The position numbers and the translations under genes are program-made. The notes under the pieces are model-generated. The model made no database searches and was not told the DNA's origin. It saw only the letters and a program-made list of their open reading frames with translations. A stretch of DNA of 64,000 nt from Nemertoderma westbladi (taxonomy: Eukaryota; Animalia; Xenacoelomorpha), in contig JAUCBJ010002022.1 of assembly GCA_032718475.1 (NCBI GenBank), positions 1-64,000 of the forward strand. Direction: 5' to 3'. Of the stretch, positions 27,564 to 40,277 are shown piece after piece. Positions within the stretch are counted from its first letter, which is position 1, and each line of letters starts with the position of its first letter.

Positions 27564-30500
27564 GTTTGTACATTCTTATTTACCAGGTTTGTACATTCTG
27601 TTGTACAGGTTTGTACATTCTGTTGTACAGGTTTGTACATTCTGTTGTACAGGTTTGGACATTCTGTTGTACAGGTTTGTACATTCTTATTTACCAGGTT
27701 TGTACATTCTGTTGTACAGGTTTGTACATTCTGTTGTACAGGTTTGTACATTCTGTTGTACAGGCTTGGACATTCTGTTGTACAGGTTTGGACATTCTGT
27801 TGTACAGTGTTGTACATTCTGTTGTACAGGTTTGGACATTCTTATTTACCAGGTTTGTACATTCTGTTGTACAGGTTTGTACATTCTGTTGTACAGGTTT
27901 GTACATGTACATTCTGTTGTACAGGCTTGGACATTCTGTTGTACAGGTTTGTACATTCTGTTGTACAGGTTTGTACATTCTTATTTACCAGGTTTGTACA
28001 TTCTGTTGTACAGGTTTGTACCTTCTGTTGTACAGTTTTGTACATTCTGTTGTACAGGTTTGGACATTCTGTTGTACAGGTTTGTACATTCTGTTGTACA
28101 GTTTTGTACATTCTGTTGTACAGGTTTGTACATTCTGTTGTACAGGTTTGTACATTCTGTTGTACAGGTTTGTACATTCTGTTGTACAGGTTTGTACATT
28201 CTTATTGACCAGGTTTGTACATTCTGTTGTACAGGTTTGTACATTCTTATTGACCAGGTTTGTACATTCTGTTGTACAGGTTTGTACATTCTGTTGTACA
28301 GGTTTGTACATTCTTATTTACCAGGTTTGTACATTCTGTTGTACAGGTTTGTACTTTCTGTTGTACAGTTTTGTACATTCTGTTGTACAGGTTTGGACAT
28401 TCTGTTGTACAGGTTTGTACATTCTGTTGTACAGTTTTGTACATTCTGTTGTACAGGTTTGTACATTCTGTTGTACAGGTTTGTACCTTCTGTTGTACAG
28501 TTTTGTACATTCTGTTGTACAGGTTTGGACATTCTGTTGTACAGGTTTGTACATTCTGTTGTACAGTTTTGTACATTCTGTTGTACAGGTTTGTACATTC
28601 TGTTGTACAGGTTTGTACATTCTGTTGTACAGGTTTGTACATTCTGTTGTACAGGTTTGTACATTCTGTTGTACAGGTTTGTACATTCTGTTGTACAGGT
28701 TTGTACATTCTTATTGACCAGGTTTGTACATTCTGTTGTACAGTTTTGTACATTCTGTTGTACAGGTTTGTACATTCTGTTGTACAGGTTTGTACATTCT
28801 GTTGTACAGGTTTGTACATTCTGTTGTACAGGTTTGTACATTCTTATTGACCAGGTTTGTACATTCTGTTGTACAGGTTTGTACATTCTTATTGACCAGG
28901 TTTGTACATTCTGTTGTACAGGTTTGTACATTCTGTTGTACAGGTTTGGACATTCTGTTGTACAGGTTTGTACATTCTGTTGTACAGTTTTATACATTCT
29001 GTTGTACAGGTTTGTACATTCTGTTGTACAGGTTTGGACATTCTGTTGTACAGGTTTGTACATTCTGTTGTACAGTTTTGTACATTCTGTTGTACAGGTT
29101 TGGACATTCTGTTGTACAGGTTTGTACATTCTGTTGTACAGTTTTGTACATTCTGTTGTACAGGTTTGTACTTTCTGTTGTACAGTTTTGTACATTCTGT
29201 TGTACAGGTTTGGACATTCTGTTGTACAGGTTTGTACATTCTGTTGTACAGTTTTGTACATTCTGTTGTACAGGTTTGTACATTCTGTTGTACAGGTTTG
29301 TACATTCTGTTGTACAGGTTTGTACATTCTGTTGTACAGGTTTGTACATTCTTATTGACCAGGTTTGTACATTCTGTTGTACAGGTTTGTACATTCTTAT
29401 TGACCAGGTTTGTACATTCTGTTGTACAGGTTTGTACATTCTGTTGTACAGGTTTGTACATTCTTATTTACCAGGTTTGTACATTCTGTTGTACAGGTTT
29501 GTACTTTCTGTTGTACAGTTTTGTACATTCTGTTGTACAGGTTTGGACATTCTGTTGTACAGGTTTGTACATTCTGTTGTACAGTTTTGTACATTCTGTT
29601 GTACAGGTTTGTACATTCTGTTGTACAGGTTTGTACATTCTGTTGTACAGGTTTGTACATTCTGTTGTACAGGTTTGTACATTCTTATTGACCAGGTTTG
29701 TACATTCTGTTGTACAGGTTTGTACATTCTGCTGTACAGGTTTGTACATTCTGTTGTACAGGTTTGGACATTCTGTTGTACAGGTTTGGACATTCTGTTG
29801 TACAGGTTTGGACATTCTTATTTACCAGGTTTGTACATTCTGTTGTACAGGTTTGTACATTCTGTTGTACAGGTTTGTACATTATGTTGTACAGGTTTGG
29901 ACATTCTGTTGTACAGGTTTGTACATTCTGTTGTACAGGTTTGTACATTCTGTTGTACAGGTTTGTACATTCTTATTTACCAGGTTTGGACATTCTGTTG
30001 TACAGGTTTGGACATTCTGTTGTACAGTTTTGTACATTCTGTTGTACAGGTTTGGACATTCTTATTTACCAGGTTTGTACATTCTGTTGTATAGGTTTGG
30101 ACATTGTGTTGTACAGGTTTGTACATTCTGTTGTACAGGTTTGGACATTCTGTTGTACATGTTTGTACATTCTGTTGCACAGGTTTGTACATTCTGTTGT
30201 ACAGGTTTGGACATTCTGTTGTACAGGTTTGGACATTCTGTTGTACAGGTTTGGACATTCTGTTGTACAGTTTTGTACATTCTGTTGTGCAGGTTTGGAC
30301 ATTCTTATTTACCAGGTTTGTACATTCTGTTGTACAGGTTTGTACATTCTGCTGTACAGGTTTGTACATTCTGTTGTACAGGTTTGTACATTCTGTTGTA
30401 CAGGTTTGAACATTCTGTTGTAGAGGTTTGTACATTCTGTTGTACAGGTTTGTACATTCTGTTGTACAGGTTTGTACATTCTGTTGTACAGGTTTGGACA

Positions 30501-33500
30501 TTGTGTTGTACAGGTTTGTACATTCTGTTGTACAGGTTTGTACATTCTGTTGCACAGGTTTGTACATTCTGTTGTACAGGTTTGTACATTCTGTTGTACA
30601 GGTTTGGACATTCTGTTGTACAGGTTTGTACATTCTGTTACACAGGTTTGTACATTCTGTTGTACAGGTTTGGAAATTCTGTTGTACAGGTTTGTACATT
30701 CTGTTGTACAAGTTTGTACATTCTGTTGTACAGGTTTGTACATTCTGTTGTACAGGTTTGGACAATCTGTTGTACAGTGTTGTACATTCTGTTGTACAGG
30801 TTTGGACATTCTTATTTACCAGGTTTGTACATTCTGTTGTACAGGTTTGTACATTCTGCTGTACAGGTTTGTACATTCTGTTGTACAGGTTTGTACATTC
30901 TGTTGTACAGGTTTGTACATTCTGTTGTACAGGTTTGGACATTCTGTTGTACAGGTTTGTACATTCTGTTGTACAGGTTTGTACATTCTGTTGTACAGGT
31001 TTGTACATTCTTATTTACCAGGTTTGTACATTCTGTTGTACAGGTTTGTACATTCTGTTGTACAGGTTTGGACATTCTGTTGTACAGGTTTGGACATTCT
31101 GTTGTACAGGTTTGGACATTCTGTTGTACAGGTTTGAACATTCTGTTGTACAGATTTGTACATTCTGTTGTACAGGTTTGTACATTCTGTTGTACAGGTT
31201 TGTACATTCTGTTGTACAGGTTTGGAGATTCTGTTGTACAGGTTTGGACATTGTGTTGTAGAGGTTTGTACATTCTATTGTACAGGTTTGGACATTCTGT
31301 TGTACAGGTTTGTACATTCTGTTGTACAGGTTTGTACATTCTGTTGTACAGGTTTGGACAATCTGTTGTACAGTGTTGTACATTCTGTTGTACAGGTTTG
31401 GACATTCTTATTTACCAGGTTTGTACATTCTGTTGTACAGGTTTGGACATTCTGTTGTATACAGGTTTGTACATTCTGTTGTACAGGTTTGTACATTCTG
31501 CTGTACAGGTTTCTACATTCTGTTGTACAGGTTTGTACATTCTGTTGTACAGGTTTGTACATTCTGCTGTACAGGTTTGTACATTCTGTTGTACAGGTTT
31601 GTACATTCTGCTGTACAGGTTTGGACATTCTGTTGTACAGGTTTGTACATTCTGTTGTACATGTTTGTACATTCTGTTGTACAGGTTTGAACATTCTGTT
31701 GTACAGGTTTGTACATTCTGTTGTACAGGTTTGTACATTCTGTTGTACAGGTTTGTACATTCTGTTGTACAGGTTTGGAGATTCTGTTGTACAGGTTTGT
31801 ACATTCTGTTGTACAGGTTTGTACATTCTGTTGTACAGGTTTGGAGATTCTGTTGTACAGGTTTGGACATTGTGTTGTAGAGGTTTGTACATTCTATTGT
31901 ACAGGTTTGGACATTCTGTTGTATACAGGTTTGTACATTCTGTTGTACAGGTTTGTACATTCTGCTGTACAGGTTTCTACATTCTGTTGTACAGGTTTGT
32001 ACATTCTGTTGTACAGGTTTGTACATTCTGCTGTACAGGTTTGTACATTCTGTTGTACAGGTTTGTACATTCTGCTGTACAGGTTTGGACATTCTGTTGT
32101 ACAGGTTTGTACATTCTGTTGTACATGTTTGTACATTCTGTTGTACAGGTTTGAACATTCTGTTGTACAGGTTTGTACATTCTGTTGTACAGGTTTGTAC
32201 ATTCTGTTGTACAGGTTTGTACATTCTGTTGTACAGGTTTGGAGATTCTGTTGTACAGGTTTGGACATTGTGTTGTAGAGGTTTGTACATTCTATTGTAC
32301 AGGTTTGGACATTCTGTTGTATACAGGTTTGTACATTCTGTTGTACAGGTTTGTACATTCTGCTGTACAGGTTTCTACATTCTGTTGTACAGGTTTGTAC
32401 ATTCTGTTGTACAGGTTTGTACATTCTGCTGTACAGGTTTGTACATTCTGTTGTACAGGTTTGTACATTCTGCTGTACAGGTTTGGACATTCTGTTGTAC
32501 AGGTTTGTACATTCTGTTGTACATGTTTGTACATTCTGTTGTACAGGTTTGTACATTCTGTTGTACAGGTTTGTACATTCTGTTGTACATGTACAGGTTT
32601 GTACATTCTGTTGTACATGTACAGGTTTGTACATTCTGTTGTACAGGTTTGTACATTCTGTTGTAGAGGTTTGGACATTCTGTTGTACAGGTTTGTACAT
32701 TCTGTTGTACAGGTTTGTACATTCTGTTGTACAGGTTTGTACATTCTGTTGTACAGGTTTGTACATTCTGTTGTACAGGTTTGTACATTCTGTTGTACAG
32801 GTTTGTACATTCTGTTGTACAGGTTTGTACATTCTGTTGTACAGGTTTGTACATTCTGTTGTAGAGGTTTGGACATTCTGTTGTACAGGTTTGTACATTC
32901 TGTTGTACAGGTTTGTACATTCTGTTGTACAGGTTTGTACATTCTGTTGTACAGGTTTGTACATTCTGCTGTACAGGTTTGGACATTCTGTTGTACAGGT
33001 TTGTACATTCTGTTGTACAGGTTTGTACATTCTGTTGTACAGGTTTGTACATTCTGTTGTACAGGTTTGTACATTCTGTTGTACAGGTTTGTACATTCTG
33101 TTGTACAGGTTTGTACATTCTGTTGTAGAGGTTTGGACATTCTCTTGTACAGGTTTGTACATTCTGTTGTACAGGTTTGTACATTCTGTTGTACAGGTTT
33201 GTACATTCTGTTGTACAGGTTTGTACATTCTGTTGTACAGGTTTGTACATTCTGTTGTACAGGTTTGTACATTCTGTTGTACAGGTTTGAACATTCTGTT
33301 GTACAGGTTTGTACATTCTGTTGTAGAGGTTTGGACATTCTGTTGTACAGGTTTGTACATTCTGTTGTACAGGTTTGTACATTCTGTTGTACAGGTTTGT
33401 ACATTCTGTTGTACAGGTTTGTACATTCTGTTGTACAGGTTTGTACATTCTGTTGTACAGGTTTGTACATTCTGTTGTACAGGTTTGTACATTCTGTTGT

Positions 33501-35760
33501 ACAGGTTTGGACATTCTGTTGTACAGGTTTGTACATTCTGTTGTACAGGTTTGGACATTCTGTTGTACAAGTTTGTACATTCTGTTGTACAGGTTTGGAC
33601 ATTGTGTTGTACAGGTTTGTACATTCTGTTGTACAGGTTTGGACATTCTGTTGTACAGGTTTGTACATTCTGTTGTACAGGTTTGGACATTCTGTTGTAC
33701 AGGTTTGTACATTCTGTTGTACAGGTTTGTACATTCTGTTGTACAGGTTTGTACATTCTGTTGTACAGGTTTGTACATTCTGTTGTACAGGTTTGTACAT
33801 TCTGTTGTACAGGTTTGTACATTCTGTTGTACAGGTTTAGACATTCTGTTGTACAGGTTTGTACATTCTGTTGTAGAGGTTTGGACATTCTGTTGTACAG
33901 GTTTGTACATTCTGTTGTACAGGTTTGTACATTCTGTTGTACAGGTTTGTACATTCTGTTGTACAGGTTTGTACATTCTGTTGTACAGGTTTAGACATTC
34001 TGTTGTACAGGTTTGTACATTCTGTTGTAGAGGTTTGGACATTCTGTTGTACAGGTTTGTACATTCTGTTGTACAGGTTTGTACATTCTGTTGTACAGGT
34101 TTGTACATTCTGTTGTACAGGTTTGTACATTCTGTTGTACAGGTTTGTACATTCTGTTGTACAGGTTTGTACATTCTGTTGTACAGGTTTGTACATTCTG
34201 TTGTACAGGTTTGTACATTCTGTTGTACAGGTTTGTACATTCTGTTGTACAGGTTTGTACATTCTGTTGTAGAGGTTTGGACATTCTGTTGTACAGGTTT
34301 GTACATTCTGTTGTACAGGTTTGTGCATTCTGTTGTACAGGTTTGTACATTCTGTTGTACAGGTTTGTACATTCTGCTGTACAGGTTTGGACATTCTGTT
34401 GTACAGGTTTGTACATTCTGTTGTACAGGTTTGTACATTCTGTTGTACAGGTTTGTACATTCTGTTGTACAGGTTTGTACATTCTGTTGTACAGGTTTGT
34501 ACATTCTGTTGTACAGGTTTGTACATTCTGTTGTAGAGGTTTGGACATTCTCTTGTACAGGTTTGTACATTCTGTTGTACAGGTTTGTACATTCTGTTGT
34601 ACAGGTTTGTACATTCTGTTGTACAGGTTTGTACATTCTGTTGTACAGGTTTGTACATTCTGTTGTACAGGTTTGTACATTCTGTTGTACAGGTTTGTAC
34701 ATTCTGTTGTACAGGTTTGAACATTCTGTTGTACAGGTTTGTACATTCTGTTGTAGAGGTTTGGACATTCTGTTGTACAGGTTTGTACATTCTGTTGTAC
34801 AGGTTTGTACATTCTGTTGTACAGGTTTGTACATTCTGTTGTACAGGTTTGTACATTCTGTTGTACAGGTTTGTACATTCTGTTGTACAGGTTTGTACAT
34901 TCTGTTGTACAGGTTTGTACATTCTGTTGTACAGGTTTGTACATTCTGTTGTACAGGTTTGGACATTCTGTTGTACAAGTTTGTACATTCTGTTGTACAG
35001 GTTTGGACATTCTGTTGTACAGGTTTGTACATTCTGTTGTACAGGTTTGGACATTCTGTTGTACAGGTTTGTACATTCTGTTGTACAGGTTTGGACATTC
35101 TGTTGTACAGGTTTGTACATTCTGTTGTACAGGTTTGTACATTCTGTTGTACAGGTTTGTACATTCTGTTGTACAGGTTTGTACATTCTGTTGTACAGGT
35201 TTAGACATTCTGTTGTACAGGTTTGTACATTCTGTTGTGGAGGTTTGGACATTCTGTTGTACAGGTTTGTACATTCTGTTGTACAGGTTTGTACATTCTG
35301 TTGTACAGGTTTGTACATTCTGTTGTACAGGTTTGTACATTCTGTTGTACAGGTTTGTACATTCTGTTGTACAGGTTTGTACATTCTGTTGTACAGGTTT
35401 GGACATTCTGTTGTACAGGTTTGTACATTCTGTTGTACAGGTTTGTACATTCTGTTGTACAGGTTTGGACATTCTGTTGTACAGGTTTGTACATTCTGTT
35501 GTACAGGTTTGTACATTCTGTTGTACAGGTTTGTACATTCTGTTGTACAGGTTTGTACATTCTGTTGTACAGGTTTGTACATTCTGTTGTACAGGTTTGG
35601 ACATTCTGTTGTACTGGTTTGTACATTCTGTTGTACAGGTTTGTACATTCTGTTGTAGAGGTTTGGACATTCTGTTGTACAGGTTTGTACATTCTGTTGT
35701 ACAGGTTTGGACATTCTGTTGTACAGGTTTGTACATTCTTTTGTACAGGTTTGGACATTC
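27564..35760. repeat. 22/23-bp minisatellite, about 8.2 kb, roughly 370 units, starting at the exon B donor
   Basis: Unit gtttgtacattctgttgtacag, with a 23-bp variant gtttgtacattcttatttaccag. Confidence 0.98.
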
Positions 35761-35917
35761 AAAAGTATGTTTCCATTATTATTTCTAAACTTACTTTTTT
35801 GGATTATTACAAATCCCAAACCCTTGGGTTGCTGAAGTCCAAACTCCTTATTCTTTCATAGCAATGAAAATCAGTTAGATGTTGTTGAACATGCTGTTGA
35901 GCTGTGTTTGTTCATAA

Positions 35918-36660
35918 TACACAAAGTGGGGCCTTCGCGCAGCACGTGATAGTGACATACATTTATATATTTACACATAAGCAGATGCCCCCTATAGAGG
36001 CAGCCCTCACAAAAACTTAGTCTTAGCTCATGAAGTATATAGTTTTGAAAATACAAAAAACCGTGACCCGTAATTTAGTGTCATTTTCTGATGATTCATA
36101 TTAACACAACTAGTTCTACTCACCGTCGATTAACATACGGAGCCGGAATTAGACGATCGACAGACTGTGAAAGACCTCACACAAACTTAGTCTGAGGTTT
36201 ATATTACATATACATCTTCTGGTTCTAGGAGACGGGGAGGGGGGGGGGGGGGGGGGGGGGGTTGGGGTGAAACTGGACGCAAATACCATCTTGGCGAATT
36301 TAATATCCCGCCTCAATGTTAAATTATCAGTATAGGAAAAGGTGCAGGTACAGTGGCATGTTATTTTAACCAAAACAATAAACTAAACACAATATAGCAG
36401 GTTGCAGTTTTATTTTTGAGAGTAATCAGCTGTTGTTTGCGTCGAATTTCCCCTGGAGAGGGATGCATTTATATTGCGTCCAGTTTCCCCTCCCTATCTG
36501 TGTTCTGGAATCACTATTTATTTCCTTCAACCATCCGTTGACTACCATTAAAGATCCTCCTATTTAGTTTCAATGGTACAGTGGTAAAATATAAATAAAT
36601 GGGGTTGTTAATCAGACAGATAATGTTCGGCCCATTGTTACTCGTTACTCGCCCCACAAA
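35918..36660 (+). mobile_element. Short member of the same Helentron/DINE-1-like family
   Basis: Starts tacacaaagtggggccttcgcgcagcacgtga and ends ctcgccccacaaa. The segment gcagatg.ccc...tagaggcag is shared with copy 1. Confidence 0.55.
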
Positions 36661-37152
36661 TACTATTCCGAGCAGAAGTGCTGGCTTGGCTCAACAACAA
36701 TTTCCAGCATAGCGTCATTAGATCGTTACATTTTCTATGTATTTGCTTTGCTAAAGGATTATACGGATTAGATTGACATTGGCTAGATGCCTGGCTTGTG
36801 TTGACGTCAAATGCTCGGTTTGACATTTTGCTAGATATGATATGGAGTTTTCAGTGATATCTGCCGTTGCCTACGCGGCGCATTCAACTGACTTTCCCTT
36901 ATGCAACTAACTACCCCTCCCCTCTCATGCATCAACCAGCGTTTGTGAGGGGGGGGGGGGGTTGACAATCTCATAAACGACCAATTACATGGTTCATTAG
37001 TTTTGGGGACGGCATTTGTAGGGGAACTATAGGCACTCGCTTAAAGCTTTTAACAATAATTACATTGATTGCCCATTGTGGCCTGTCTAGAGTGACGGCA
37101 TCATTGAGTGTACAGGAGCTTCAGCTAATAACCTTAAACTGTCTCCCTCTAG

Positions 37153-37757
37153 GTTTGCCACACATATTGTTACAATCAGTACGGGAATATCCTGTCCAAC
37201 AATCAGCAGACTAACGGAGATCTCGGTAAAATGACGGTATCTGGGGCAGCAGTCAACGAGAATGGAGTCAACGGGAGCGCCGCGGTGAACGGGGTGTCGG
37301 ACGATCGCTCCTCGGGTGGCGCCGTCGACCAGTGGCGGTCGCGCCACGGTGTGGCGCCCCGACAACGCCGCTCAGGGGGCCTCGGACGTGACGAGTGGCC
37401 GGGACCCAACCACGGGATGTACTACGAGCAAGAACGCCGGGCTCGATCCCGCTCCAAGGAGAAATCAAAGAGCAACGGAGAAAGTCGTAGTAGTAAATCG
37501 GAAGAGGTTGAGGCGCTCCGACGCAGTCGAGGGTTAGGTAAACTCATCTCGAAGGAATTGTACGGCGATCGTTCGGAGTCAGAGGATCTCGTCGACGAAG
37601 TGGAGGTGTTCCCGTCGCCGCTCGAAGTGGATCCCGTCAGCGCTTCCCGATCCCCCAACGCGAAGATGGAGCCCGTGGTCCCCACTCGTCTCGAGTTCGA
37701 GTACGCAAGAGGAAACATCAAGAAAACTCCTATCAAAACCACAACTCTTCCTACAAG
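37153..37757 (+). CDS. ABLIM: abLIM/UNC-115-like gene, exon C (end of LIM4 plus linker/anchor region)
   Basis: Acceptor ctccctctag| in phase 0 gives VCHTYC, supplying the last H/C ligands of LIM4, in frame with ORF 37231. Contains GLGKLISKEL and DPVSASRSPNAKMEP, resembling abLIM/UNC-115 GLGxLILKEE and DPRxASRTPSAxxEP. First strong donor is AAG|gttagt at 37758; the 3' end is uncertain because the donor is repeated. Confidence 0.82.
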
Positions 37758-39394
37758 GTTAGTCACAAAACCACATCAAAACCCCATCACTTCCTACAAG
37801 GTTAGTCACAAAACCACATCAAAACCACAACACTTCCTACAAGGTTAGTCACAAAACCACATCAAAACCCCAACACTTTCCACAAGGTTAGTCACAAAAC
37901 CACATCAAAACCCCAACACTTCCTACAAGGTTAGTCACAAAACCACATCAAAACCCCAACACTTCCTACAAGGTTAGTCACAAAACCACATCAAAACCCC
38001 AACACTTCCTACAAGGTTGGTCACAAAACCACATCAAAACCCCAACACTTCCTACAAGGTTAGTCACAAAACCACATCAAAACCCCAACACTTCCTACAA
38101 GGTTGGTCACAAAACCACATCAAAACCCCAACACTTCCTACAAGGTTGGTCACAAAACCACATCAAAACCCCAACACTTCCCACAAGGTTAGTCACGAAA
38201 CCACATCAAAACCCCAACACTTCCCACAAGGTTAGTCACAAAACCACATCAAAACCCCAACACTTCCTACAAGGTTAGTCACAAAACCACATCAAAACCC
38301 CAACACTTCCTACAAGGTTAGTCACAAAACCCCAACACTTCCCACAAGGTTAGTCACAAAACCACATCAAAACCCCAACACTTCCTACAAGGTTAGTCAC
38401 AAAACCACATCAAAACCCCAACACTTCCTACAAGTTTAGTCACAAAACCCCAACACTTCCTACAAGGTTAGTCACAAAACCACATCAAAACCCCAACACT
38501 TCCTACAAGGTTCGTCACAAAACCACATCAAAACCCCAACACTTCCTACAAGGTTAGTCACAAAACCACATCAAAACCCCAACACTTCCTACAAGTTTAG
38601 TCACAAAATCCCAACACTTCCTACAAGGTTGGTCACAAAACCCCAACACTTCCTACAAGGTTAGTCACAAAACCACATCAAAACCCCAACACTTTCCACA
38701 AGGTTAGTCACAAAACCACATCAAAACCCCAACACTTCCTACAAGGTTAGTCACAAAACCACATCAAAACCCCAACACTTCCTACAAGTTTAGTCACAAA
38801 ACCACATCAAAACCCCAACACTTTCCACAAGGTTAGTCACAAAACCACATCAAAACCCCAACACTTCCTACAAGGTTAGTCACAAAACCACATCAAAACC
38901 CCAACACTTCCTACAAGGTTAGTCACAAAACCACATCAAACCCCAACACTTCCTACAAGGTTAGTATCAGAACCACAACACTTCCTACAAGGTTAGTCAC
39001 AAAACCACATCAAAACCCCAACACTTTCCACAACACTGAAAAAAGTAAGTGCCGGTCGATTTTTTAACCATTGGTTATGGATAGGTACTTGCGGTAGTGA
39101 TTGGTAAACCGGGGGTTAGTATGGATCATACAAAAATGGCTGGTAGTAACCTCCGGTTACGATATTAAACCGGCGGTTTAAGATATATTGGTTATATTAC
39201 CTGAAACGAAACCTGTAGTCATTGCGGAATTTTGCATAGAAAGTGACGGTTGTATTAAAAAGGTGGTTATTAAATTTTCAAACTGGCGGTTCTTATTGAT
39301 GAAAACATATAATTTTCAAACCGGCGGTTTTTATGAAATGTAAAAATGGCGGTTTTATTTTCAAACTGTTGGTTCTTGTTAATTAAACGCTTAT

Positions 39395-39860
39395 AGTTTT
39401 CAAACCGGCGGTTTTTATGAAATGTAAAAATGGTGGTCTTATATTCAAACTGTCGGTTCTTGTTAATAAACACGTATGTAGTTTTCAAACCGGCGGTTTT
39501 TATGAAATGTAAAAATGGTGGTCTTATATTCAAACTGTCGGTTCTTGTTAATAAACACGTATGTAGTTTTCAAACCGGCGGTTTTTATGAAATGTAAAAA
39601 TGGTGGTCTTATATTCAAACTGTCGGTTCTTGTTAATAAACACGTATGTAGTTTTCAAACCGGCGGTTTTTATGAAATGTAAAAATGGTGGTCTTATATT
39701 CAAACTGTCGGTTCTTGTTAATAAACACGTATGTAGTTTTCAAACCGGCGGTTTTTATGAAATGTAAAAATGGTGGTCTTATATTCAAACTGTCGGTTCT
39801 TGTTAATAAACACGTATGTAGTTTTCAAACCGGCGGTTTTTATGAAATGTAAAAATGGCG
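39395..39860. repeat. 85-bp tandem repeat inside the CACTG element
   Basis: Unit gttttcaaaccggcggtttttatgaaatgtaaaaatgg...aaacacgtatgta, about 5 copies plus degenerate flanking copies. Confidence 0.9.
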
Positions 39861-39974
39861 GTTGTATTTTCACAATTGCCGGTTTTTACTATACATACAA
39901 AGAACCCTAAGTTGTATAATTCAACTGGTAATGCCGTTATTACTGTATTACAGAGGCGTGATATGATATAACTA

Positions 39975-40277
39975 ATTTACAATAATAACTGCCAGTTTAT
40001 CACAGAACCACAGATTTACAATAATGACTGCCAGTTTATCACAGAACCACAGATTTACAATAATGACTGCCAGTTTATCACAGAACCACAGATTTACAAT
40101 AATGACTGCCAGTTTATCACAGAACCACAGATTTACAATAATGACTGCCAGTTTATCACAGAACCACAGATTTACAATAATGACTGCCAGTTTATCACAG
40201 AACCACAGATTTACAATAATAACTGCCAGTTTATCACAGAACCACACACAGATTTACAAACTAATAACTGCCAGTTT
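39975..40277. repeat. 39-bp tandem repeat inside the CACTG element
   Basis: Unit atttacaataatgactgccagtttatcacagaaccacag, about 7 copies. Confidence 0.92.

Noticed and set aside
27500-35861. Very long overlapping ORFs (up to 992 aa) in all six frames
   Set aside because: The consensus 22-bp unit happens to have no stop codon in any frame. The products are periodic 22-aa repeats and the region lies between two phase-compatible LIM4 exons.
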